Origin: a virus
Taxonomy: Duplodnaviria > Caudoviricetes
Reading direction: 5' to 3' (one strand)
Length of the DNA: 50,660 nucleotides
Virus record (IMG/VR): IMGVR_UViG_3300003965_000014
Span: 1-50,660 of that record
Shown: piece after piece, positions 36,739 to 46,349 of the stretch
How positions within the stretch are numbered: position 1 is the stretch's first letter
Layout of the letters: each line of letters begins with the position of its first letter
The notes under the pieces: model-generated
The model's input: only the letters and a program-made list of their open reading frames with translations
What the model was told of the DNA's origin: nothing
The model's database searches: none
Program-made: the position numbers and the translations under genes

Positions 36739-36774
36739 TGTCCTTTTTAAGGCCGTTTTGTCTATACAAATTTG
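36739..36774 (+). promoter_or_regulatory. Putative phage late promoter 7
   Basis: TGTCCTTT-N20-CAAATTTG upstream of tape measure. Confidence 0.7.
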
Positions 36775-36800
36775 ATCATCCCATAACCCCCCTTTAGGGG

Positions 36801-39800
36801 ATGGGGGCAAGTATGAGTGTTCGTACAGATGTCGTAAACCTCGTTGTAAACGTCAATGGCAACCAGGCACAAAACAACCTCAACCAGCTTCGTAAAAAAG
36901 CAGCTGATCTGAGTTTTGAAATGAAGGGCCTCAAAAAAAACACAGAGGAATACCGCAAAAAAGCAGAAGAACTGAAAGGCGTTACTGCCCAGATGGATGC
37001 ACTCAAAAAACAAATCGGCATCACTGCTTTGTCGCAGAAAGAACTGGTGGCAGAATTGAATAAACTAAAAGCACTCAAAGGATCTGTTGTACCCTTTAGC
37101 AAGGAATTTAAAGACCTTGATACACAAATCAAAGCCGTAGAAAAACGCCTCTATGATGTACGAAACGGTGTGCAGGGCTTTTCTTCTTTCTTCTCTAAAA
37201 TAAAAGATGAAGTAAAACAGTTTGGAATGCTGGCAGCAGGCTACCTCGGTTTTCAGTTCATTAGCAGCCAGTTTCAAAACATCATACGCAGCGGTGCTAA
37301 AGTAAGTGATCAGCTGGCCGATATCAGTCGTGTAGCAGGCCTTACTGCCGAAGAAACCAAACAACTTAATGAGCAGCTTAAACAGCTCAACACCCGTACC
37401 AGTACGGATGGGCTTCGTGAAATTGCTATTGTTGCCGGTAAGCTCGGTATTACAGGCGTTAAAAACATTACCGACTTTACAGCGGCCGTTGATAAACTGG
37501 TGGTAGCCCTTGGTGATGAATTGGGCGATGCAAACCAGATCACAGAGCAGCTGGGTAAAATTCTGAATGTATTTGAAGGACAGATAACCGGTGATAACAT
37601 TACCCGTGCCGGTAATGCCCTGGTTGATCTTGCCAACAAAGGCGTAGCCAGCGGCCGCTTTGTAGTAGATTTTACACAGCGCCTTGGTGGTATTGCTAAA
37701 GCTGCAGGCATTGCCCTGCCTGATGTATTTGCACTCGGTGCCGGTATTGAAGAAATGGGCGGCCGCAGTGAGAGTGCCAGTACAGCCCTTATAAAAATCA
37801 TCAATGATATTGCCAAGGATATACCCAAAGCGGCAAAGATTGCAGGCATTGAAGTAAAAGCGTTTACACAGCTTTTTGCAGAAGATCCCACACAGGCACT
37901 GTTAGCTTACTCTAAAGGATTGGTGGCAAATAAAGCTGCCTTCAGTGATGTAGTAGCATCTATGAAAGATGCCGGTGAAGAAGGTGCCCGTGTAGTAAGT
38001 ACCATCAGCATCCTCGGAAACAATACTGATTTCTTCAATAAAAAAATCATTGAAACAGGGCAGGCATTTAAGGAAACAGGAAAAATACAGGATGCCTTCA
38101 ATCTCAAAAACGAAACCTTTGGTGCCACTATTGATAAGCTGGGTAAAGAGTTTAACCGCCTTGTAACCAGCAGCACAGTGCTCAACTTTTTTCAGGCTGC
38201 TGCAAAAGGAGCATTGGCATTTATCCGTGCCATTCGTGAAATACCAACATTCATAAGAGAAAACCGTGTAGCATTGCTTACCCTCGTTGCAGGCCTGGTA
38301 TTGCTTAACCGCCAGTACATCATCAGTGCTGCAGTGGTAATAAGAGATACAGCTGCACGCTGGTTAAATGTAGCTGCTACCCGTGCGGGTGCAGTAGCCA
38401 CCAATATTTCAGTTATTGCTCAGGCTGCCTATATTACCATAACCAATGCATTGATTGGAAGAATTACAGCAGCTACCGCTGCACAACGATTGTGGAATCT
38501 TGCACTGAGTATTGGCTTAGGACCATTGGGTATACTGGTTACTGTAGTGGGTGTACTTGGTGTTGCCATCGGGCAATTATCCTCTAAAACAAAACTGCTG
38601 ACAGCAGATCAGCGCAATCAATCACTTATACAGGAAAAAGTAACGCAGGATATTGGCCAGCAACTGGCAGCAATGGAACGTTTAAGCGCCATTGCAAGAG
38701 ATAACAACCTTTCACTTGAAACAAGAAAGAAAGCGTTAGATGAACTTATCCGCATCAATCCGCAATACCTGAGCGGGCTCAACCTTGAAAATATTGCTTA
38801 TGCTGATGGCATCCGTATACTGGATGCTTATTCCTTTATGCTGCGCAAAGTGGCTGAGGATAAAGCAAAACTTTCATTGCAGGATGAGCTTTTAAAAGAA
38901 CGTACAAGACTGGATGCCGAACGTCCTCAGCTGGAAATTGATGCTCAGAACTCTTCTGTATTAAACCCGTTTGACCGATCAGATAAAAAGTACCTGGAAA
39001 ACCTCAAACGTACCAAAGAGATTAACAACCAGCTCAACCTGATAGGTGCACAGATCAAAGGATCTGTACAAGGCCTTGATGAATTGTTACGACTGGAAAC
39101 AAACGCTCTCAATAAACTCAAACAGGGAACTGCAGAGTATGCACAGCAGTTGCTTAAAGTAAATACCATCCGTCAGCGTTTGGGAATTTTAACCGGTGCC
39201 CCGGGTACAGGAGCAGGTACAACTGAAAATACCACAACTACCAACAACACAGGTACCACTCCCGGAAGTACAGATAAAAACAATGATTTTGAAAAACGCC
39301 GCCAGGCATTTATCAAAGAGCTGGAACGTTTTCGCCGTGAAGCTGAGATAGCCGGTAAAACTGCTGATGAGCAGGAGATTGCCCGTATTGAAGAAAAGTA
39401 CAGGGAGTTGCTGGAAAAGGCCAAAGAGTTTGCTTACGGCGAACTGGAAATTGAAGGCATGAAGCAGGCAGAGATTGAACGCCTGGTAAAAAAAGGAGTT
39501 CAATCCCGTATTGCTGCTTTCAATGAAGATCAATACAAAACACAGCTGGAAGCCAATACTGATTTCTTTAACAAACAACGGCAGCAGCAGGCACAGTTTT
39601 ACAACACCGGCCAGATTGATAAAGAAACCTATGAAAACAATCTCACGCAACTGGAAAGGGATGAAACAGCTAACCGTGTTAAGATAGCAGGCATTTATTC
39701 CAAAACCGTTAAGCAGGCGGCTGAAGATTTAAAAAACTTCAAAAAAACGCAGGAACAGCAAATAACTAAAGACCTGTTAGATGAAGTAGAACGCCGCAAG

Positions 39801-40925
39801 CGCATACAGGAACAACGTTTGCAAAACAATGTTTACAATGCACAGCGAAATGTATTAACCACACAACCGGGTACAAGAGAAAACCTTTCTGCAAAAAAAG
39901 AACAGTTGAATGCGCAGTTTGATCTTGAAACTACATTTCTCAATAAAACTTCTGAATTATACCTGCTTAAAGATGCTGAGCTTAAAAAGGCCCTGCGTGA
40001 TGCTGATGCTCAATATTGGCAGGAACGCATTAACCAGGCAATGATTTATGTGGATTTTGCGCAGCAGGCATTTACAAACCTTGCACAAATCCTCAACAAC
40101 GCTGATGAAAGAAGCCTGCAGAGAGAGCGGCGTAATAATGAACGTAAAAAAGATTCCTACAAAAAGCAACTGGATAGTAAGCTCATCAACCAGGCGCAGT
40201 ATGATTTGCGTATTCAGCAGTTAGATAAGCAACTGGAAGAAAAGCAGCGGGAGGCAAAGATCAGGCAGGCAAAACGTGAAAAAGCATTGGGTATTTTTAA
40301 TGCTACCATCAATACAGCTGCCGCTATTATTAAAATGCTGGCTGATCCGGGAGGATTTGCAGGCCTCACCCTATCTATCCTTGCCGGTATCACAGGAGGT
40401 TTGCAAATAGCTGCTATTGCATCGCAGCCACTGCCTGAATTTGGTGATGGAGATTGGTTGCGTAAAGGAAAAACACACCGTGATGGCGGTATACCTGTAG
40501 AAGTAGAGCGGGACGAAGCTATTATGGCAGCTGCTGCCATGACTGACCCCACCCGTTACATTGTAAGCGGCACACCTGCACAAATAACAAGCGCTTTAAA
40601 CAGCCGTAATGGTGGTAACAGCTGGGCTGCAGGTGGTAAAATTATTCCTATGTGGCAAACACAGGAAACACCCAATGTACGCAGCACCTTACCGGCTGTA
40701 ATGGCTGCAGGAAATGGAGGTAATACAACGGCAGCAGGTAACAGTATGGAAGAAACAAATGCTTTGCTCAATGTTCTTATACAAGAGCAAAAAGCCAATA
40801 CAGAGGAAATAAAAACCATGAAAACAAAACTCAAAGCAGTGGTAAGCATCAAAGAGTTTCGTGAACAGGAAAACCTGTATGATACTGCTGCCTCTTTAAG
40901 CACTTTAAAACAAACAGGCACATGA
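36801..40925 (+). CDS. Tail tape measure protein
   Basis: 1374 aa, Ala-rich helical, TP901-type core (LADISRVAGLT, IAIVAGKLGI), hydrophobic segments; true start may be 36813. Confidence 0.9.
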   Translation: MGASMSVRTDVVNLVVNVNGNQAQNNLNQLRKKAADLSFEMKGLKKNTEEYRKKAEELKGVTAQMDALKKQIGITALSQKELVAELNKLKALKGSVVPFSKEFKDLDTQIKAVEKRLYDVRNGVQGFSSFFSKIKDEVKQFGMLAAGYLGFQFISSQFQNIIRSGAKVSDQLADISRVAGLTAEETKQLNEQLKQLNTRTSTDGLREIAIVAGKLGITGVKNITDFTAAVDKLVVALGDELGDANQITEQLGKILNVFEGQITGDNITRAGNALVDLANKGVASGRFVVDFTQRLGGIAKAAGIALPDVFALGAGIEEMGGRSESASTALIKIINDIAKDIPKAAKIAGIEVKAFTQLFAEDPTQALLAYSKGLVANKAAFSDVVASMKDAGEEGARVVSTISILGNNTDFFNKKIIETGQAFKETGKIQDAFNLKNETFGATIDKLGKEFNRLVTSSTVLNFFQAAAKGALAFIRAIREIPTFIRENRVALLTLVAGLVLLNRQYIISAAVVIRDTAARWLNVAATRAGAVATNISVIAQAAYITITNALIGRITAATAAQRLWNLALSIGLGPLGILVTVVGVLGVAIGQLSSKTKLLTADQRNQSLIQEKVTQDIGQQLAAMERLSAIARDNNLSLETRKKALDELIRINPQYLSGLNLENIAYADGIRILDAYSFMLRKVAEDKAKLSLQDELLKERTRLDAERPQLEIDAQNSSVLNPFDRSDKKYLENLKRTKEINNQLNLIGAQIKGSVQGLDELLRLETNALNKLKQGTAEYAQQLLKVNTIRQRLGILTGAPGTGAGTTENTTTTNNTGTTPGSTDKNNDFEKRRQAFIKELERFRREAEIAGKTADEQEIARIEEKYRELLEKAKEFAYGELEIEGMKQAEIERLVKKGVQSRIAAFNEDQYKTQLEANTDFFNKQRQQQAQFYNTGQIDKETYENNLTQLERDETANRVKIAGIYSKTVKQAAEDLKNFKKTQEQQITKDLLDEVERRKRIQEQRLQNNVYNAQRNVLTTQPGTRENLSAKKEQLNAQFDLETTFLNKTSELYLLKDAELKKALRDADAQYWQERINQAMIYVDFAQQAFTNLAQILNNADERSLQRERRNNERKKDSYKKQLDSKLINQAQYDLRIQQLDKQLEEKQREAKIRQAKREKALGIFNATINTAAAIIKMLADPGGFAGLTLSILAGITGGLQIAAIASQPLPEFGDGDWLRKGKTHRDGGIPVEVERDEAIMAAAAMTDPTRYIVSGTPAQITSALNSRNGGNSWAAGGKIIPMWQTQETPNVRSTLPAVMAAGNGGNTTAAGNSMEETNALLNVLIQEQKANTEEIKTMKTKLKAVVSIKEFREQENLYDTAASLSTLKQTGT

Positions 40926-42727
40926 TTCTTCAGATTTATGTATACGGACCCAAGTATAACGGTTATCTTGATCTGGCACCCGGTACAGCCATGGAAATGG
41001 AAAATGCAAGCACTCTTTTTGATGAAGAACTGAGCGTATCAGAATTTTCTGTTCCTTTTGAAGTGCCATGGACAGATAACAACCGCCGTTTGCTTGGTTT
41101 TGCTGAAAGAGTAGATAATTTCAACAGACCCAGCAATTGGTTCAAATGCGATGTGCTGGATAATGGTGTTCCAAAATACACATCCGCCAAGTTTACCATT
41201 CTTGAAAAAATTGGCAAGTTTAACTACACCTCCGGCAGTTTTAATGCCACCATCAGTGGCACTAAAGGTTTGCTGGGTGCTGTTATAAAAGATCAGAAAT
41301 TATCCGGCTTAAAACTGGATGGCATCATTACTTACGCTACACCTACAAGAGTGTTTGCCCAGGAACTGATGGAAGGGCTTTTTCCCCAATATTGGTATCT
41401 CAAATTTGTACCCGTTGCTTTTGAAGATTTTTTTGATACAAACAGGCCTGATTATGATAATGAGTTTCTTGCAAAAGATACCGTTAATTACACCATCACT
41501 TCATTTGCTGCCTGGAATTTTGGAAGACCCCGCAGTGATAATCCTGCTATCGCAGCTGATGAAGGAAATATTGAGTACAGAGATTACAGAAGCATTCCAT
41601 TTTTCAATTTAAAGTATGTATACCGTAAAGCTTTTGAGGAAAACGGCTTTACTATCAAAGGTGCTTTTGTAGACGAAAACATTTTTGATGAATTGTTCAT
41701 TTTCAACAACTACAGTCTGGAAAAATATACAGATGCAAACATTGACGTTAACCGTGAAATTGATCCTGCTAACCACTTACCGGATATGGAGCTGGCTGTA
41801 TTTATTGATGCGGTAAATAAGCTTTTTAAGTTAAAAATGGATTTTACGGGAGCCAATGAAATTACCCTGAGTTATAAGAAAAACACGCTTACACAGCGCA
41901 CACCCATAGATGTAACTGCATTTTGTACGGCTGATTTCAAAAGTACATTGCCGGGTACCGAGGAAACAAAGGGTTACAATGTAGCGTATGAATGGGATAG
42001 CGAAGACCAGTTTGTAAGCGACCGGGTAAAAGACCTTTCTGAACTTACTTTTGTGGCTACTGTACTTACAAAAGGTGATCTCGCAGGTATTATCATAGGT
42101 AGGCCGCTTACTATTTTTGACTACGCTTATGTGGTAAGTGAAAATATGTTTTACCGTGTGGCTGATGCTACAGATCCGTTTAATGTAAAATGGGACTGCT
42201 ATGCTGAAAACCTTGGCCCTTATACAGTAGCAGAAGGAGAAAGAACCGTATCGCTGCCTTTAAGTACACTATGCCAGTATGCGGAGTTTAACAGTATAAC
42301 AGCTTTATGGGAAAAAAGAAATTACCTGGGCTGCCGCCAAAGAGGTTCCTATATAAACAATGCAGGTAACCGGGTAAAAGCTCCCTTTGCACTTCGTGTT
42401 TTCTTTGCAGGCTTTAAAAATATTGATGGTTACTCATTGCCCGTAAGTTTTAACCATAACCGTATTTACAACGGTGCAAAAGATCGTGCTTTCAGCCTCA
42501 GTATTAAAGAAAACGAAGGCATTGCCACTACTTTTCATAAAACCTTTGAAGACTTTAATCAAAACAAAGAAGTAGTGGAAACTCAGTTGCTGCACAATCG
42601 GTCGTTGGATACTATACTGGAGCAAACCAACTGTGTAACTATAAAAGGCGTTCAGTTTATGGTTTATAAAACGGAGACCAGGATGCCGGCAGATATGACC
42701 ATGAAGGCTTTTTTGGTGCCCTTGTAA
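40922..42727 (+). CDS. Putative tail tip/baseplate protein
   Basis: 601 aa after tape measure; FSVPFEVPWTDNNRRLLGF. Confidence 0.6.
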   Translation: MILQIYVYGPKYNGYLDLAPGTAMEMENASTLFDEELSVSEFSVPFEVPWTDNNRRLLGFAERVDNFNRPSNWFKCDVLDNGVPKYTSAKFTILEKIGKFNYTSGSFNATISGTKGLLGAVIKDQKLSGLKLDGIITYATPTRVFAQELMEGLFPQYWYLKFVPVAFEDFFDTNRPDYDNEFLAKDTVNYTITSFAAWNFGRPRSDNPAIAADEGNIEYRDYRSIPFFNLKYVYRKAFEENGFTIKGAFVDENIFDELFIFNNYSLEKYTDANIDVNREIDPANHLPDMELAVFIDAVNKLFKLKMDFTGANEITLSYKKNTLTQRTPIDVTAFCTADFKSTLPGTEETKGYNVAYEWDSEDQFVSDRVKDLSELTFVATVLTKGDLAGIIIGRPLTIFDYAYVVSENMFYRVADATDPFNVKWDCYAENLGPYTVAEGERTVSLPLSTLCQYAEFNSITALWEKRNYLGCRQRGSYINNAGNRVKAPFALRVFFAGFKNIDGYSLPVSFNHNRIYNGAKDRAFSLSIKENEGIATTFHKTFEDFNQNKEVVETQLLHNRSLDTILEQTNCVTIKGVQFMVYKTETRMPADMTMKAFLVPL

Positions 42728-42766
42728 TAGTAAATTCAATGCTTTATATTAGTAAAAAAATTCATT

Positions 42767-43123
42767 ATGAAATTCATTCTTTTTATCTCCTTATTAATTC
42801 TTTCTTTTTCCGCTAAGTCTCAATTCGTTAATGGTGTTCATTTAAACGATATGGATGTAAACTATATCGAAATTGTAGGCACCAGTAAATTACTTTCAAG
42901 TAAGGTTACTATTCAGCTTGAATTTGGTCAAAGAGTAAGATTTTTCAGGGGAAAAGAAGCGTCTTTAGTAGATAGCACTGGCAACGAAATTGTTTTGAAT
43001 TCAATGATTGATGCTCTCAACTATTTATCAGAATACAATTTTGAGTTTGTAACAGCCTACGCAGTAACTATGGGTAATAATCAGAACGTTTACCATTATC
43101 TTCTACGTAAAAAGAAAAAATAG
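42767..43123 (+). CDS. Secreted moron protein
   Basis: Signal peptide, AT-rich, NSMIDALNYL; TATATTAG box upstream. Confidence 0.65.
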   Translation: MKFILFISLLILSFSAKSQFVNGVHLNDMDVNYIEIVGTSKLLSSKVTIQLEFGQRVRFFRGKEASLVDSTGNEIVLNSMIDALNYLSEYNFEFVTAYAVTMGNNQNVYHYLLRKKKK

Positions 43124-43138
43124 TTATTACATTCGCCT

Positions 43139-43226
43139 TGCGAAGATTTATTACATACAGAGCCTGCACCTTTTTGGTGCCAGGCAATCCGTTGTAAGTA
43201 CGGCAGCTCTGTATGGAGTCTTCGCA
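43139..43226 (+). ncRNA. Putative structured leader or small RNA
   Basis: Nested stems TGCGAAGA/TCTTCGCA and CATACAGAGC/GCTCTGTATG enclosing two hairpins; TACATTCG box at 43128-43135. Confidence 0.5.
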
Positions 43227-43255
43227 GTGACCTGTCACCTTTTAAATTTTAAGTC

Positions 43256-43549
43256 ATGGGCGAAGACGAAGTCAACGATCAACAAACTGAGACACTCCCT
43301 TCTGTAGCAGATGGCCTGGCAGAGCACATTAAAAACTTTATAAGAATCAATTACGAACCTGTACAAACTGTACCGGAAGCTTCCTTTCGTATGACTACGG
43401 CCGATGTGGAAGCAGCTATACGTAAACTGCACCCGGATATTGAATTTACAGGCGGTGAGCTGGCCCAATGGCTCCATGAATTGGGTTTCACTTTCTGGGA
43501 CGCAGGAGAAATGCGTTTTGAATGGCTGTTTAAGGATTGTTCAACATAA
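43256..43549 (+). CDS. Hypothetical protein (winged-helix-like)
   Basis: MTTADVEAAI, LHELGF, FEWLF. Confidence 0.55.
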   Translation: MGEDEVNDQQTETLPSVADGLAEHIKNFIRINYEPVQTVPEASFRMTTADVEAAIRKLHPDIEFTGGELAQWLHELGFTFWDAGEMRFEWLFKDCST

Positions 43550-43576
43550 GGTGGATGTTGGATCACAAGTTATTTA

Positions 43577-43939
43577 CTACAATGCGGAGCGGCGGCGTTT
43601 TCCTGATGTTGAGCTCTTGAAATTTTCTATTTCCTTCCTCAATTGATTAATTAATTCATCTTTTGTTCTAAGATGATCTTCCAGTTGCTTTATGTATTTA
43701 TCCTTTGTTAAATACTCTTCCTCTGGTTCATATACAACCATTGATTCTGTAATTCCTGTATCAGGAAAAAATTCAGCATAGAACTTTTTCAAAAAATTAC
43801 TACTTGGCTCACGCTTGCCATTAAGGTATAAACTCACATTACTTTTTGATGTATTAGTCCGTTCTGAAATCATCTGAACGGGAAACCTGAGTTTCAGTTT
43901 TTCAACATCATTTATAAACCTTTTGGTTATTGGGCTCAT
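43577..43939 (-). CDS. Putative prophage repressor (XRE HTH plus coiled coil)
   Basis: ISERTNTSKSNVSLYLNGKREPS; only convincing minus-strand phage gene, divergent from the Cro-like gene. Confidence 0.75.
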   Translation of the reverse strand: MSPITKRFINDVEKLKLRFPVQMISERTNTSKSNVSLYLNGKREPSSNFLKKFYAEFFPDTGITESMVVYEPEEEYLTKDKYIKQLEDHLRTKDELINQLRKEIENFKSSTSGKRRRSAL

Positions 43940-43959
43940 ATAAATTTTTTTAGGCACGG

Positions 43960-44040
43960 AAAAAAAGTTTGCAAAAAAGTTTGCAGTTTCCAAAAAGTTT
44001 CCAATATTTGGAAACTATTTATAACAAAATATAACAAAAG
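43960..44040. promoter_or_regulatory. Lysis/lysogeny operator and divergent promoter region
   Basis: AAAAAGTTT(G/C)C direct repeats, palindrome AGTTTCCAA-TAT-TTGGAAACT (43996-44016), TATAACAAAA x2. Confidence 0.6.
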
Positions 44041-44048
44041 CTAAGAAT

Positions 44049-44288
44049 ATGCAAAAATTAGCTAAACAATTAACACAAAGGGAGCGGTTGCAACAGGAGC
44101 TTGTTAAAATAGCTCCTAACGTAACCAGTAAGGATAAGCAGGATTTGGTAAATGAGTATGGAATAAGTGTTTACACTATTAGCAAATATTTGAGAGGTGA
44201 AGTCTTGAATATAGATACTGCAACTGATATGCTTGTATTCTTTCGCAAGCGTGTAAATGAGCGGGAAGAAAAGATTAACAACGCTTAA
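44049..44288 (+). CDS. Cro-like HTH protein
   Basis: YGISVYTISKYLRG; divergent from repressor. Confidence 0.65.
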   Translation: MQKLAKQLTQRERLQQELVKIAPNVTSKDKQDLVNEYGISVYTISKYLRGEVLNIDTATDMLVFFRKRVNEREEKINNA

Positions 44289-44296
44289 TTGTTTTT

Positions 44297-44554
44297 ATGT
44301 ATAAGAAATCATACAACACTGATCTAATGCTGGATTATAAAAAAGAGTTTGCAAAACTTAAAGATCATGTTCAAAAAGATCATTTAGAAAAGGTGAAGGA
44401 ACTAACCGGGTTAAGTGCCAGTACTATCAGGGTTTATGTAAATGGTTTCCCTTCTGTATATAATACAGCTGAATTGATTTTAAAACATCTCAAGCCTATT
44501 GTTGATGATTTTATAAATCATAAAAAGGCAAACCTTGATTCAATCACAAATTAA
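44297..44554 (+). CDS. Second Cro-like HTH protein
   Basis: LTGLSASTIRVYVNG. Confidence 0.55.
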   Translation: MYKKSYNTDLMLDYKKEFAKLKDHVQKDHLEKVKELTGLSASTIRVYVNGFPSVYNTAELILKHLKPIVDDFINHKKANLDSITN

Positions 44555-44843
44555 AATTGACCTTATGTCATACGATTTAGAAGCATTGAGGGTAGAAGCT
44601 GCAGATATTTTTATTGACAGTATAAAAACTGCAAATGATAATCTGTTATACTCTGCTGATAGAATCACTAATTCTTTGATTCAGCTTGATACCCTTTACG
44701 TAACTCATCGTCAATTCTCCTTAATGAAAAGCCATTGTGTTGAACTGGAAAAGAACATTCTTCATTTACAGAATGCAATGGAAAGGTTTTATGAATTGAT
44801 TGAAGAAACAGAACCCTATCATCAACCATTGAAAGCTGTATAA
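44535..44843 (+). CDS. Hypothetical phage protein
   Basis: ORF in early operon; start uncertain. Confidence 0.5.
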   Translation: MIQSQIKIDLMSYDLEALRVEAADIFIDSIKTANDNLLYSADRITNSLIQLDTLYVTHRQFSLMKSHCVELEKNILHLQNAMERFYELIEETEPYHQPLKAV

Positions 44844-44846
44844 TCC

Positions 44847-45257
44847 ATGTACAAAACTGAATTTTCATCTAACCCCAACGGTAAGCTTTTTATGGAGCAC
44901 TTTAATGATGTGCGCCAGGTGGAGCAAAACCGCTACTTCCCGGGAGCAGAACATGAAATATGGTTGCGCAGCTACTTTATGGGTATTGCCACTATTGCAG
45001 CCTTGCATGAGTTTCAGTTTAAAAATATACGGGATGTGTTCGGCTTCACCATTTTTGGCCGCCCCACACATTACACAGCCGCTACGCTCAAAAATTTTTA
45101 TAAAGACCTGGAGCCGGAAACCAAGCTCACCCACATCGTATGGCATTGGAAAATGAGGAATATGCCCGTGCAGGAATCACTCATACAGGACTGGTGGAAA
45201 GGTGTACAGGATACCAATCAAACAGAATCTGCTTACCAAACAGCGCTTGCATTATGA
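44847..45257 (+). CDS. Hypothetical phage protein
   Basis: 136 aa; N-terminus loosely resembles 7265-7582. Confidence 0.6.
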   Translation: MYKTEFSSNPNGKLFMEHFNDVRQVEQNRYFPGAEHEIWLRSYFMGIATIAALHEFQFKNIRDVFGFTIFGRPTHYTAATLKNFYKDLEPETKLTHIVWHWKMRNMPVQESLIQDWWKGVQDTNQTESAYQTALAL

Positions 45258-45685
45258 TACACGAAAGTTTTAATAAACCTCCCTACAGTTGCTTTGTATG
45301 CCCTGACTTCTGCTACCAGTTACAACTGGCAGGTCTCACCCGTAACACGGTGTATTTGTGGAGCCTTAAAAATACCATAGCAGAACTGGTTACTTTTTGG
45401 TTTGATAAAGATGATTACTACGGCGCTGCTGCTAAAATTATTTATCAGCAGGACCCTACCCAACTGGTACCGGCTTATGATTTTAAAGATTTGGAGCGCA
45501 TATTGCCCGGAGGCTACCTGCTCACCCGTAATGGTTTTGATGAATATGAACTGAGCCTGGATGAAGTATGGCAATGCCAGCCTGTAAAAGGTAAACGCCT
45601 GCCGGATGTGTTTGCTGTAATGGTGCTGCATTTAATTGCCGGCCGCCGCCTTAACATGGAAAGTGTAAACGCTGAAGCATTGTAG
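45254..45685 (+). CDS. Hypothetical protein with 3' end altered by cassette 2
   Basis: ATGA overlap at 45254; stop lies inside attC-like hairpin 2. Confidence 0.6.
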   Translation: MIHESFNKPPYSCFVCPDFCYQLQLAGLTRNTVYLWSLKNTIAELVTFWFDKDDYYGAAAKIIYQQDPTQLVPAYDFKDLERILPGGYLLTRNGFDEYELSLDEVWQCQPVKGKRLPDVFAVMVLHLIAGRRLNMESVNAEAL

Positions 45686-45770
45686 CAGTAAGGGCAATGA
45701 CTGTTACAACTGCTGATAGATATAATTGCCGGGATATGTTCTTCACCCCTTATTGCTACAATGCAATGTT
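45668..45770. other. attC-like hairpin 2
   Basis: AACGCT-GAA-GCATTGTAGCAGTAAGGG pairs with CCCTTATTGCTACAATGC-AATGTT. Confidence 0.75.
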
Positions 45771-45895
45771 CTAAGCAGTAGGGTAAGTTTAGCACTATCG
45801 CTTAATTGAAAATATGTCGCTCGGAAAAAGAAAAATACGCACGGCTGAAGTCAAACGACTTAGCTATTTATAAACTAAAAAAAACAAAAAAACAG

Positions 45896-46288
45896 ATGGC
45901 AAAAGAAAGCAGCAAGCAACGACTTGCAAACTTAATTCAAGCCTATGAGCAAGTTGTAACTGCTGCTCGTAGTTTGTACGATGATGATAGCCTGAAAAAT
46001 TGGGCTATAGGTTACAGCAATGACGCTCAAACTAAAATTAAAGAAGTAAAGCAAAAGCTGAAAGACACATTCAGCATTGATTACGATGCCACCGACGCAA
46101 AGAAAAAGGTGATTAAAGAAGGTAGTGAAGTTGAAGTGTTGGTTAATCACATGGACGGCATGAAAGGAAGCACGGCAACCATTAAAAGCTATTCATTGCC
46201 TGCCAACATTTCAGACATTACGATGAAAGACGGGATGAAGATGAATAATCACAAGTGGTTAACCAATGATGAACTCAAACTAAAATAA
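45896..46288 (+). CDS. DUF1541 (YdhK-like) domain protein
   Basis: GSEVEVLVNHMDGMKGSTATI...NHKWLTNDEL. Confidence 0.7.
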   Translation: MAKESSKQRLANLIQAYEQVVTAARSLYDDDSLKNWAIGYSNDAQTKIKEVKQKLKDTFSIDYDATDAKKKVIKEGSEVEVLVNHMDGMKGSTATIKSYSLPANISDITMKDGMKMNNHKWLTNDELKLK

Positions 46289-46301
46289 AAGGAGGTACAA
46301 C

Positions 46302-46349
46302 ATGGCAAAAGGGAAAAAGCCCAAGAAGCCGCACGGCGGGCACAGATAA
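46302..46349 (+). CDS. 15-aa basic peptide MAKGKKPKKPHGGHR
   Basis: AAGGAGG six nt before the ATG; hairpin follows. Confidence 0.4.
   Translation: MAKGKKPKKPHGGHR

Noticed and set aside
36794-40921. Many minus-strand ORFs over the tape measure and other genes
   Set aside because: Antisense shadows of long coding genes with no recognisable motifs.
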